From assembly GCF_021864535.1 (NCBI RefSeq), contig NZ_JAKJIC010000012.1, positions 29,343 to 61,342 on the forward strand: 32,000 nt of DNA, in the 5' to 3' direction. Source of the stretch: Oryzibacter oryziterrae (GTDB lineage Bacteria; Pseudomonadota; Alphaproteobacteria; Rhizobiales; Pleomorphomonadaceae). Below, in pieces: positions 1 to 7,999 of the stretch. The position numbers and the translations under genes were made by a program. Position 1 is the first letter of the stretch. Every line of letters begins with the position of its first letter. The notes beneath the pieces were generated by a model that worked only from the letters and a program-made list of their open reading frames with translations, did no database searches and was not told the DNA's origin.

Positions 1-12
1 AAGGGGACGGCC

Positions 13-435
13 ATGCAGACCAAGACCCGCATGAACGTCTATTTCGACCCTGACCTCCTGAAGAAGGTCGAGGCGCTGGCGCTCCGCCGCAACATCTCCA
101 AATCCGCCGTAATCGAAGCCGCTGTCGCTTCCTTCCTGTCCGCCGATGCCTCCGAACGGCTGGAGGCCGTGTTCGCCCGCCGCATGGATCGCATCGGCCG
201 CCAGATCGAGGGCATGGACGAAGACCTCGCCATCCTCGGCGAGACGTTATCGCTGTTCATCCGCTTTTGGCTGACCATCACACCGCCATTGCCCGACAGC
301 GCGCAGGCGTCGGCAAGGGCGAAAGGCGCGGAGCGCTTCGAGAGCTTCCTGCAAACGCTTGGGCGGAGACTCGCGACTGGGGATCGGTTTTTGAAAGAGC
401 TGTCCAGGGATGTCTATTCTCGGGGCGAAAGGTGA
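13..435 (+). CDS. Ribbon-helix-helix (CopG-like) protein of the conjugative-element backbone
   Basis: ATG at 13 is preceded by aagggga. The N-terminus 'RMNVYFDPDLLKKVEALALRRNISKSAVIEAAV' has the strand-helix-helix pattern of RHH DNA-binding domains. From memory (not searched), proteins of this size and type sit just upstream of trbB in trb-type ICEs. Confidence 0.75.
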   Translation: MQTKTRMNVYFDPDLLKKVEALALRRNISKSAVIEAAVASFLSADASERLEAVFARRMDRIGRQIEGMDEDLAILGETLSLFIRFWLTITPPLPDSAQASARAKGAERFESFLQTLGRRLATGDRFLKELSRDVYSRGER

Positions 436-582
436 TGGTTAGTCCAGCCCGCGGTGAGTTGGCCGTCGCTGCGACTTAAGTTGGGGGTCGACCCGGAAGG
501 TGATACGCAATGCCGGGACACCTGTAAAACCGCTGCGGCGAGTATTTCAGGCTCATAGGCACTGCCCTACAAGGTAGCCGGC

Positions 583-1404
583 CTAAACGGCTTGGTTCAC
601 GGCTGGGGCTAGAATGGCCCGCATATCCGGCGTCGCCAGAAGCTGCTGATAGTCGCTTGCCGGCATCGCGTTGATGAGCAGACGACCGCCGACATCGGCC
701 TTGATGTATTCCACTGCCAAGAGGCACGTCACCGGGTTGGTCGTCAGCACGGCCTGATCGGGCGTGCGGTCACCGAATTCGGCGACGACAGTCTCGCTGT
801 CGTCCGCCACGACCACGGCCAGCCGGCGGCCGGACAGGCGCAGGCGCGCACTCGCACCGCATTCGGAGAGATCGTAGGTGCGCGGCCCGACAAGCGTCCG
901 CTTGCCGTAGATCGCCACATGGGCGTCGACGCCCCGCGCGGCCGCTTGCTCGATCAACGGACCGATCTCGTCCATTTCCTCATCCCAGATGCCCGCAAAG
1001 ATGCTGCGCTTGGCTCCGGCCGCAACGCGCGCGAAGGCCTGCACGATCGCCTGCCGGCTGCGCAGCGACCAGACGAGACCCGGCTCCTCCTGGGCAGGGA
1101 GGCTGTCGAGCTTCTCTTTGGCGGCACAGACATCGGCTTCGAAGCGAGACTGCATGACGGCCAAAAGATCGGCATGCGGAACCGCGCTGTAGCGGACGGG
1201 CTCGGACCGGTTGACCAGAACCGCCCCCTTGCTCTCAAGCCGCGCGAGGGTCTCGTAAATTTTGGACGGCGGCATGCCCGCGCCTCGGCCGACCTCAGCG
1301 CCGGTCAGGGCGCCTTTGCCAACCAAGGCGATGTAGGCCTGCGCCTCGTATTGCGAAAACCCGAGACGGGTCAGTGTGTTGATCAGGTCTGGGTCGGTGG
1401 TCAT
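583..1404 (-). CDS. TrmB-family transcriptional regulator
   Basis: 273-aa ORF. The N-terminal winged-HTH 'LTRLGFSQYEAQAYIALVGKGALTGAEVGRGAGMPPSKIYETLARLESKGAV' is typical of TrmB-family regulators. The ATG is the reverse complement of cat at 1402-1404. The gene is divergent from the RidA-MFS-cupin operon. Confidence 0.8.
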   Translation of the reverse strand: MTTDPDLINTLTRLGFSQYEAQAYIALVGKGALTGAEVGRGAGMPPSKIYETLARLESKGAVLVNRSEPVRYSAVPHADLLAVMQSRFEADVCAAKEKLDSLPAQEEPGLVWSLRSRQAIVQAFARVAAGAKRSIFAGIWDEEMDEIGPLIEQAAARGVDAHVAIYGKRTLVGPRTYDLSECGASARLRLSGRRLAVVVADDSETVVAEFGDRTPDQAVLTTNPVTCLLAVEYIKADVGGRLLINAMPASDYQQLLATPDMRAILAPAVNQAV

Positions 1405-1468
1405 GACACGCGCGCCACCCGCACTTGACCAGGCGGCTCCTCGAAAAAGCGGATTTGGAACTCTTGAC

Positions 1469-1515
1469 TACCATGGTGGTAAGTGGCACCAATATCAACT
1501 ACTACCACAGTAGTA
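1469..1515. promoter_or_regulatory. Candidate operator dyads in the TrmB / RidA-operon divergent intergenic region
   Basis: Two short dyads share the word ACTACCA: TACCA-tgg-TGGTA (1469-1481) and TACTAC-caca-GTAGTA (1500-1515). The second lies just upstream of the ggagaag RBS and the ATG at 1531. The function is inferred from position only. Confidence 0.35.
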
Positions 1516-1530
1516 ATTGGAGAAGCATCC

Positions 1531-1896
1531 ATGCGCACACTCATCAGCACGGGCTCCCCCTGGGAGCCGAAGGTCGGCTATTCGCGGGCCGTGATCGTGA
1601 ACGACACGATCTTCATTTCGGGCACCGCGGGGAAGGGACCCGACGTCTATGCCCAGACCAGGGACGCGCTCGCCACGATCGAGACGGTTCTGACGGAGAA
1701 CGGCTTCGCCTTGAGCGATGTCGTGCAGAGCCGGCTGGTCGTCGCCGATTTCGAACACTGGCAGGACGCTGCGCGCGCCCACGGCGAGGTCTACAGCACG
1801 ATCCGGCCGGCGTTTTCGCTGGTGCACGCGCTGCCCTTCGTCGAGGACACGATCCTTGTCGAAGTGGAGGCCATTGCCGTGCGGAGAGCCGCGTGA
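1531..1896 (+). CDS. RidA/YjgF-family (reactive intermediate deaminase-like) protein
   Basis: The sequence 'GSPWEPKVGYSRAVIVNDTIFISGTAG...VVQSRLVVADF...RPAFSLVHALPFVEDTILVEVEAIAV' matches the YjgF/RidA fold pattern. I chose the ATG at 1531 (RBS ggagaag) over the track's upstream start at 1483. Confidence 0.85.
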   Translation: MRTLISTGSPWEPKVGYSRAVIVNDTIFISGTAGKGPDVYAQTRDALATIETVLTENGFALSDVVQSRLVVADFEHWQDAARAHGEVYSTIRPAFSLVHALPFVEDTILVEVEAIAVRRAA

Positions 1897-3089
1897 CGAC
1901 CGCGCCCGATCCGCGGGAGCGGCCATTGTCCGCCGGCGTGATCGTCCTCTTGGCCATCACCGCCGGCGGAGCGATCGCCAACAATTATGCGATCCAACCG
2001 AGCCTCGCTGCGATCGCGCAGGATCTCGGTACCACGCCGAGCGCCATCAGCCTGATTGTCTCCGCCATCATGTTCGGATATCTCGCAGGGCTGGCGCTGC
2101 TGGTGCCGTTGGCTGATCGCGTCGATCCGCGCTGGCTGATCCCCGGTCAGCTCATTGCGCTGGCGGCGGCGCTGACGGCGGCCTCGGCGGCACCGAACGC
2201 CGGTCTTCTCTTGATCTGCCTCCTCGCTGTCGGGGCGACAACCACGGTCGCGGCACAGACGAGCGCCATTGTCGGCAAGCTCGCGGCACCCGCTCACCGA
2301 GGCAGGCAAATGGGGCTGATCTCGGCGGGCATCTCGGCTGGTATTCTCCTGTCACGCTTCGTCGGAGGGCTTCTCTCGACTTGGGGCGGATGGCGGGTGA
2401 TGCTGTTGTGTTTTGCCGGAGCTTGTTGCGTTGCCGCACTGGCGACAGCCTTGAGGCTGCCAGATCGCCGGCTGCAGACCACGAAGGGGTATTTCCTCAC
2501 CTTGCGTTCGGTGCCGGGATTGCTGGTTCATTTTCCGCAACTGCGGCTTTCGGCGGCGGCCGGCATGCTCTGGTTCTTCGCCTTCAGCTCCATCTGGGTT
2601 GGGCTGGCGATTTCACTGGCAGAGCCGCCGTGGTCGCTGAGCGCCGACGCGATCGGCCTCTACAGTCTTGCCGGGCTGCTTGGACTCTTCGTCACACCGA
2701 TGGCTGGACGCTGGGCGGATCGGTACGGCGCGCGACGGGTCAAGCTTGTCGGCCTTACGGTTGCGGCCGTATCGAGCCTCGTTCTCCTATCCTCTCTCGG
2801 TCAGCCCTTCGTCTCGGCTCCGGCCCTCGCGGTTTTTGATGCCGGCTGTTTTGCCGCGCAGGTCGCGAACCAGGCCGCCGTCGTCCGGCTCGACCCCGAC
2901 CGCTCCGGCGCCCTGAACGCGGCCTACCTTCTGCTCTATTATGCGGCTGGTGCGATCGGGACAGCCGTCGCCGGACCGGTCGTGGCGGCGGGCGGATGGC
3001 CCCTTCTGACTGGTGTCGCCACCACGGCCATCGTCGGCGCAATCGTGGCGTCTTGCTTTCATGTCGAGTCGGAGACGAAGAGGGTCTGA
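1893..3089 (+). CDS. MFS transporter
   Basis: About 398 aa and highly hydrophobic, with many predicted TM segments. The loop 'PLADRVDPRWL' resembles MFS motif A. I propose a GTG start at 1893, which overlaps the RidA stop (GTGA, 1893-1896). The 5' part of the track ORF (1425-1892) is Arg-rich, overlaps ridA out of frame, and is not credible as coding sequence. Confidence 0.8.
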   Translation: MTTAPDPRERPLSAGVIVLLAITAGGAIANNYAIQPSLAAIAQDLGTTPSAISLIVSAIMFGYLAGLALLVPLADRVDPRWLIPGQLIALAAALTAASAAPNAGLLLICLLAVGATTTVAAQTSAIVGKLAAPAHRGRQMGLISAGISAGILLSRFVGGLLSTWGGWRVMLLCFAGACCVAALATALRLPDRRLQTTKGYFLTLRSVPGLLVHFPQLRLSAAAGMLWFFAFSSIWVGLAISLAEPPWSLSADAIGLYSLAGLLGLFVTPMAGRWADRYGARRVKLVGLTVAAVSSLVLLSSLGQPFVSAPALAVFDAGCFAAQVANQAAVVRLDPDRSGALNAAYLLLYYAAGAIGTAVAGPVVAAGGWPLLTGVATTAIVGAIVASCFHVESETKRV

Positions 3090-3092
3090 AAG

Positions 3093-3458
3093 ATGTTCCA
3101 ACAAGGCGAACTCGGCACGAAATTCGCTGCTTTTTCCGAGCATTGGCGGCCGAAAGTCATCGCCAGCCTCAATGGTCAGGAGGTCAAGATCGTGAAAGTT
3201 CTCGGGGTCTTTCCTTGGCATAGACACGACGACTGCGAGGAAATGTTCGTCGTGTGGAAGGGCCGTTTTCGCGTCGAGTTTCGCGACCGGATTGCTGATA
3301 TGGGGCCGGGAGAATACGTGGTTGTTCCGCGTGGCGTAGAGCATCGAACCGCGGCTGACGAGGAAGCGGAGGTCATTATCTTTGAGCCTGCTGAAACCCG
3401 TAACACCGGCAACGTCATCGACGAGACCTTCACCGCCCCTCAGGGGGTAACGATTTGA
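3093..3458 (+). CDS. Cupin-domain protein
   Basis: 121 aa. The two-motif cupin signature is present: 'FPWHRHDDCEEMFVVWKG' ... 'GEYVVVPRGVEHR'. The gene starts 3 nt after the MFS stop, so it is probably in the same operon. Confidence 0.8.
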   Translation: MFQQGELGTKFAAFSEHWRPKVIASLNGQEVKIVKVLGVFPWHRHDDCEEMFVVWKGRFRVEFRDRIADMGPGEYVVVPRGVEHRTAADEEAEVIIFEPAETRNTGNVIDETFTAPQGVTI

Positions 3459-3510
3459 CGCTCAGAAATAGCCGCAAGCGCCTGCTTCGTTCGGCGATCT
3501 GCAGGCAAAT

Positions 3511-4701
3511 CTATCGGCTGGCTTCGCAGACAGGGCCTACTTGCTGCGATCGCCGGTCGACGAGATTGACACCAAGTGCGACGAGCGTGCAGACGCCGAG
3601 CAGAATGGCCGCGTTGACGGTGTCCCCACGTCCGATCCAACTCGCGACGATCGGCGCCAGCGCGAGCAGCGCGCCGTTGTTCATCGATTCCGACGACGCC
3701 AGCACGAAGCCCGCATCGGTGCCGGCTCGGCTCGCCTGAATGGCGGTGTTGGCGGGGGCGGCGAGGCCTGATGCAAAACCCCAGAGAGCCAGTAGTCCGA
3801 TGGCGAAGCCGAGGCTCGGTTCGGTCGCCAGGAAGGCGCTCTGCGTTACGAAGATGAGCGCGATGGCGAAGACGAGGACGGTTTCTGGACGGCCGACCCA
3901 GGCGGTGAGGCGCCCGATGGCGAGATTGCCCGCCGCGAGGCCGACCCCGAAGGCGGTGACGGACAGCCCGACCATGCTGGTCGAAAGACCGTAGCGGCTG
4001 CGCAGCACCTCGCCGGAGATCAGGAACCCTGCGATCGTCGCGCCGAGCCAGAAGCCCTTGGAGAGGTTGGGCCGGAGGATTGCGCCATCGAGCAGGCGAG
4101 CGGCCGAGCTTTTGAGCGGTTGGCCTTGCCGTGCAACAGACGGCGGTAGAATGCGCGCGGCCAGCACGAGAACGGCGAGGCAGCCGCAGGCAACCGCGAT
4201 GAATGGCGCCTGCCACTCGAAGGCATCGGTTAGGAGCCCCGCGAAGGTCGGCCCGGTGGCGATGCCGAGGGTCAGGCCGAAGAGGACGAGGCCCATGGCG
4301 CCAGCTTGGCGGTCTTCGGGAACGGTCTCGGCGATGAGGGCAAAGGCGGTCGGCGTCAGGGCCGCGCCCGCTGCGCCGCCGAGAATGCGGGCGATGATCG
4401 CGAAGGTGAGCGAGGGGGCGAAGGCGACGGCCAGCGCATCGGCGGCAAAGAGCCCCATGGCCGGCAGGAGAAGGCGCCGCCGGCCGATCCGGTCGCTGAG
4501 GAGGCCGATGAGCGGCGCGAGCACCGCATAGGACACCGCATAAGCCGAGACGAGCCAGGCGATATCGGCTGGTTTCGCGGCGAAGGCCGACGCTAGCGGC
4601 GTCAGCATCGGCGCGAGCATGAATTCAACTGCTCCGACGAAATAGACCGCGAGCGCCAGGGTGGCGAGGATGAGCGCGGGCGATGGGGCTGGCTTCGGCA
4701 T
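3511..4701 (-). CDS. MFS transporter (drug-efflux-like)
   Basis: 396 aa with about 12 hydrophobic segments. 'GLLSDRIGRRRLL' is a classic MFS motif A. The annotated start overlaps the MerR gene's 3' end by 77 nt, so the true start is slightly uncertain. Confidence 0.8.
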   Translation of the reverse strand: MPKPAPSPALILATLALAVYFVGAVEFMLAPMLTPLASAFAAKPADIAWLVSAYAVSYAVLAPLIGLLSDRIGRRRLLLPAMGLFAADALAVAFAPSLTFAIIARILGGAAGAALTPTAFALIAETVPEDRQAGAMGLVLFGLTLGIATGPTFAGLLTDAFEWQAPFIAVACGCLAVLVLAARILPPSVARQGQPLKSSAARLLDGAILRPNLSKGFWLGATIAGFLISGEVLRSRYGLSTSMVGLSVTAFGVGLAAGNLAIGRLTAWVGRPETVLVFAIALIFVTQSAFLATEPSLGFAIGLLALWGFASGLAAPANTAIQASRAGTDAGFVLASSESMNNGALLALAPIVASWIGRGDTVNAAILLGVCTLVALGVNLVDRRSQQVGPVCEASR

Positions 4702-5083
4702 GAACAGGCGCCTCCGGTACGCTGGTGTCGTCCTGACCGGAGGCAGCCTTCAGGGTGATGAGAAGCTTCTGGCGGCGGGTTTCGAGATCGGCCATCTGCC
4801 GTTCGATCGCCGCAAGCTTCAACCGATGTGCAGCGGCCACCTTCGGACAGGCGGTGACCGTGGCGGGATCATCGACGATGCAGTTGAGAAAGGTCGCGAT
4901 TTCCTCGGTGGTGAAGCCGAGCCGGATCATCCGGCCGATGCGGCGCACCAGAAGCACATCGGCTTCGTCGAAATCGCGGTAGCCGTTCTCCTCGCGGGTG
5001 GCGCGGATCAGGCCGACCTTCTCGTAGTGACGGATGGAGCGCACGCTCGCCCCCGTCCTTTTTGCAACGTCTCCGATCTTCAT
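4625..5083 (-). CDS. MerR-family transcriptional regulator
   Basis: 'MKIGDVAKRTGASVRSIRHYEKVGLI...ENGYRDFDEADV' is the canonical MerR N-terminal HTH, followed by a coiled-coil dimerisation helix. A ggaggg RBS lies upstream of the ATG. Confidence 0.88.
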   Translation of the reverse strand: MKIGDVAKRTGASVRSIRHYEKVGLIRATREENGYRDFDEADVLLVRRIGRMIRLGFTTEEIATFLNCIVDDPATVTACPKVAAAHRLKLAAIERQMADLETRRQKLLITLKAASGQDDTSVPEAPVHAEASPIARAHPRHPGARGLFRRSS

Positions 5084-5101
5084 CCGCCCTCCTGCTGCAT
5101 C

Positions 5102-5132
5102 TCGTAACCCCTGACATCAATGTCAGGGTCAA
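5102..5132 (-). promoter_or_regulatory. MerR-type promoter with 19-bp spacer and perfect dyad
   Basis: Read on the minus strand: TTGACC (complement of 5127-5132), a 19-nt spacer (5108-5126), then TTACGA (complement of 5102-5107). The spacer contains the perfect 9-2-9 dyad CCCTGACAT-ca-ATGTCAGGG (5109-5128). An over-long spacer with a central dyad is the hallmark of MerR-regulated promoters. Confidence 0.55.
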
Positions 5133-5143
5133 GAGCAAATCGA

Positions 5144-5611
5144 TCAAGGAGCAACCGCGTTCTTTTCCGTGCCGACCGGGTGCTGCATGCGGGAACTGAC
5201 CGCGATGCGATTCCAGATGTTGATGGTTCCGATGGCGATCGTCAGCTTGGCGATGTCGGTCTCCGAGAAGATGGCGCGGACGGTTTCAAAAGCAGCGTCG
5301 GGAATGCCCGTTTCGGCGGCGAGCGTCACGCTTTCGGTCCATTCGAGGACCGCCCGATCGCGCGCGTTGAAGAACGGGGACTCGCGCCAAACGGCGACGA
5401 GATGCAGCAATTGGGCGTCCATCCCGTCCGCCAGCGCGTCCTTCACATGCAGGTCGACGCAATAGGCGCAGCCGTTGATCTGCGAGGCGCGCAGCTTGAC
5501 GAGATGAAGCGTGCGCTTGTCGAGGCCCGACTTGGTCACTGCGCCGTCGAGGGCGCGGACGGCCTGATAGAGCTCGGGCGCCAGGGCGGCGATGTTCAGT
5601 CTGGGGTGCAT
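5144..5611 (-). CDS. Carboxymuconolactone decarboxylase / AhpD-like alkylhydroperoxidase-family protein
   Basis: 'LVKLRASQINGCAYCVDLH' carries the AhpD-family CxxC core. I chose the ATG at 5611 (protein begins 'MHPRLN', ggagg RBS) over the track's start at 5794, which would run across the divergent promoter region. Confidence 0.8.
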   Translation of the reverse strand: MHPRLNIAALAPELYQAVRALDGAVTKSGLDKRTLHLVKLRASQINGCAYCVDLHVKDALADGMDAQLLHLVAVWRESPFFNARDRAVLEWTESVTLAAETGIPDAAFETVRAIFSETDIAKLTIAIGTINIWNRIAVSSRMQHPVGTEKNAVAP

Positions 5612-5644
5612 GGGTGCCTCCGGTAGCGAGAGGGGTTGGCTGAG

Positions 5645-5671
5645 AATCATGGATAATATATATCCATGATT
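5645..5671. promoter_or_regulatory. Perfect 11-5-11 palindrome, candidate Rrf2 operator
   Basis: AATCATGGATA-atata-TATCCATGATT lies in the 94-bp divergent region between the AhpD-like gene (start 5611) and the Rrf2 gene (start 5706). It forms a strikingly AT-rich island in GC-rich DNA. Confidence 0.5.
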
Positions 5672-5705
5672 AGGACGCAATCCAAGAACGGAACGGGAGA
5701 AGGCG

Positions 5706-6200
5706 ATGCGGCGCATGAGCGACGGGGTGGAGGCGGCGCTGCACTGTGCCTTGGTGCTGGCCGGATTGCGGGAGGGCAAAGTGCTTCCGGGCAAGAGTCT
5801 CGCCGAATTGCACGGCGTTTCGGAAACCTATCTTCTGAAGCACCTGCGGGCGCTCGCTGCGGCTTCCGTCATTGATGCCGTGCCGGGGCCGCGCGGCGGC
5901 TATCGGCTGGCGCGCGACCCGGCGCGCATCACGTTGCTCGACATCGTCGAAGCGATCGACGGACGGGAGCCCGCCTTCGTCTGCCGCGAAATCCGACGGC
6001 GCGGCCCCGGCAAGGCGAAGGACCCGTGCGTCTACAAGGCGGACTGCTTCATCAAGACCCGCATGATCGCCGCCGAGGAAGCTTGGCGGGCTGTCCTGAA
6101 ACAGCAGACCCTTGCCGATCTCGTTGCCGACGGAGCCCAATTGATCGACGCGCATAACAAGAAGGCGGTGGCGACCTACGTCGAGAACGCACAGCGCTGA
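5706..6200 (+). CDS. Rrf2-family transcriptional regulator
   Basis: 'LHCALVLAGLREGKVLPGKSLAELHGVSETYLLKHLRALAAASVIDAVPGPRGGYRLARDPARITLLDIVEAIDG' is the Rrf2 wHTH. The start could instead be the ATG at 5715. Confidence 0.85.
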   Translation: MRRMSDGVEAALHCALVLAGLREGKVLPGKSLAELHGVSETYLLKHLRALAAASVIDAVPGPRGGYRLARDPARITLLDIVEAIDGREPAFVCREIRRRGPGKAKDPCVYKADCFIKTRMIAAEEAWRAVLKQQTLADLVADGAQLIDAHNKKAVATYVENAQR

Positions 6201-6367
6201 GCGATATCGACCGGCCGACAGCGAATAACCAATCCCGCCAATCACCGCCTTTTCTTCGCCAAGGCCGCTCGTCATCAAATCCTTGTTGAATCAGCCCAAT
6301 TTCCGGCTCTTTTAATCGACCCCGTCTGGGGACCGTCTGACTTCTCCCCGGCGAGATCGGGGATCGG

Positions 6368-7375
6368 ATGGCGGCTTCGCACCACAATTCTGAAGGGCTT
6401 GCACGTGGCGCGCGGATGCTGCGCACGGCGCTTGGGCCGGCGATTGCCCTGTTCCTGGAAGACGCTTCCGTTGTCGAAGTGATGCTGAACCCGGACGGGC
6501 GCATCTGGATCGACCGTCTTTCCGAAGGGCTTTCCGATACCGGCGAGGTGCTGTCACCCGCCGATGGCGAGCGCATCGTGCGTTTGGTCGCTCATCACGT
6601 TGGCGCCGAGGTTCATGCAAGTCGCCCGCGTGTTTCGGCCGAACTGCCCGAGACCGGCGAACGGTTCGAGGGGCTGTTGCCGCCCGTGGTCGCAGCACCG
6701 GCCTTTGCCATTCGCAAACCCGCTGTCGCTGTGTTCACGCTCGACGATTACGTGCGCGCCGGGATCATGTCCGCGGCACAGGCGGAAGCGCTCCGTCAAG
6801 GTGTTGCCTCCCGCGCCAATATCCTCGTCGCTGGCGGCACCTCGACCGGCAAGACGACGTTGACCAACGCGCTGTTGGCGGAGGTCGCGAAGACATCCGA
6901 TCGCGTCGTCATCATCGAGGATACGCGCGAACTGCAATGCGCCGCGCCCAACCTCGTCGCGATGCGGACGAAGGATGGCGTCGCCTCGCTCTCCGATCTC
7001 GTCCGCTCCTCGCTGCGCCTGCGCCCCGACCGTATCCCGATCGGCGAAGTGCGCGGCGCGGAAGCGCTGGACCTGCTCAAAGCCTGGGGCACCGGCCATC
7101 CCGGCGGCATCGGCACGATCCACGCCGGCAGCGCCATCGGTGCACTACGGCGCATGGAGCAGCTCATCCAGGAAGCCGTCGTCACCGTCCCGCGCGCTCT
7201 GATCGCCGAGACCATCGATCTCGTGGCCGTGCTTTCCGGCCGTGGTGCCGCGCGCCAGCTCGCCGAACTCGCCCGTGTCGATGGCCTTGGCCCGGACGGC
7301 GATTACCGCGTCGTGCCTGCCGTCGACGGCGCATCGAACGCGATCAGCACCAACCCGGAAGGAGAAACTCCGTGA
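6368..7375 (+). CDS. trbB: Conjugal transfer ATPase TrbB (VirB11 family)
   Basis: Walker A '[10 protein letters not shown]'. Also present are '[10 protein letters not shown]', '[17 protein letters not shown]' and '[14 protein letters not shown]', which are the VirB11/TrbB boxes. Confidence 0.92.
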   Translation: MAASHHNSEGLARGARMLRTALGPAIALFLEDASVVEVMLNPDGRIWIDRLSEGLSDTGEVLSPADGERIVRLVAHHVGAEVHASRPRVSAELPETGERFEGLLPPVVAAPAFAIRKPAVAVFTLDDYVRAGIMSAAQAEALRQGVASRANILVAGGTSTGKTTLTNALLAEVAKTSDRVVIIEDTRELQCAAPNLVAMRTKDGVASLSDLVRSSLRLRPDRIPIGEVRGAEALDLLKAWGTGHPGGIGTIHAGSAIGALRRMEQLIQEAVVTVPRALIAETIDLVAVLSGRGAARQLAELARVDGLGPDGDYRVVPAVDGASNAISTNPEGETP

Positions 7376-7704
7376 TCCAAGTCGCACCCCTCGCGCGCCA
7401 ACGTTTCGCCATAACCGTATCCATCGTCGCGCTCAGCGTGGCGGTGACGGCACCCGCCTATGCCTCCGGCTCGTCGATGCCGTGGGAACAGCCGCTGCAG
7501 CAGATCCTTCAGTCGATCGAAGGTCCGGTCGCCAAGATCATCGCCGTGATCATCATCATCACCACGGGCTTGGCGCTGGCTTTCGGCGACACCTCGGGTG
7601 GCTTCCGCCGCCTGATCCAGATCGTCTTCGGTCTGTCGATCGCGTTTGCGGCCAGTTCGTTCTTCCTCAGCTTCTTCTCGTTTGGCGGCGGGGCGCTGGT
7701 CTGA
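7372..7704 (+). CDS. trbC: TrbC (VirB2-like pilin precursor)
   Basis: The GTG at 7372 overlaps the trbB stop (GTGA), with RBS ggaaggagaa upstream. The 110-aa product has a signal-like N-terminus ('VALSVAVTAPAYASG') and two hydrophobic segments, as in VirB2/TrbC pilins. Confidence 0.8.
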   Translation: MIQVAPLARQRFAITVSIVALSVAVTAPAYASGSSMPWEQPLQQILQSIEGPVAKIIAVIIIITTGLALAFGDTSGGFRRLIQIVFGLSIAFAASSFFLSFFSFGGGALV

Positions 7705-7985
7705 TGGCGGGTGTCGGCGACCAGAACGACGAAGTGCCGGGTTTCACCGTGCCGGTTCACCGGGCGCTGACCGAACCGATCCTGCTCGGCGGAGCGCCGC
7801 GCGCCATCGCGATCATGAACGGCACCTTGGCCGGTGCGGTCGGCTTGGGCTTACGCCTCTGGCTGGTCGGCATCGCCATCTGGGCGATCGGGCACTTCGC
7901 GGCAGTGTGGGCGGCAAAGCGCGACCCGTTCTTTGTCGAGGTCGGTCGCCGCCATCTGCGCATCCCCACGCACCTTTCGGTCTGA
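7704..7985 (+). CDS. trbD: TrbD (VirB3-like)
   Basis: The ATG at 7704 shares one nt with the trbC stop (TGATG). The 93-aa product contains 'LTEPILLGGAPRAIAIMNG' and a TM hairpin. Size, position and pattern fit TrbD/VirB3. Confidence 0.8.
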   Translation: MAGVGDQNDEVPGFTVPVHRALTEPILLGGAPRAIAIMNGTLAGAVGLGLRLWLVGIAIWAIGHFAAVWAAKRDPFFVEVGRRHLRIPTHLSV

Positions 7986-7999
7986 ACGGGAGCGCGGCC

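Noticed and set aside
1425-1892. The 5' extension of the MFS ORF (the track has it starting at 1425).
   Set aside because: The extension overlaps the RidA gene out of frame and is Arg/Gly-rich and non-hydrophobic. A GTG at 1893 coupled to the ridA stop gives a normal-length MFS protein.
5670-6278. A 202-aa minus-strand ORF opposite the Rrf2 gene. Similar shadow ORFs occur at 3440-4216, 10306-11313, 11752-12780 and 13934-14857.
   Set aside because: All of them are antisense or out of frame to genes with clear family motifs, and all have biased Arg/Pro/Gly composition.
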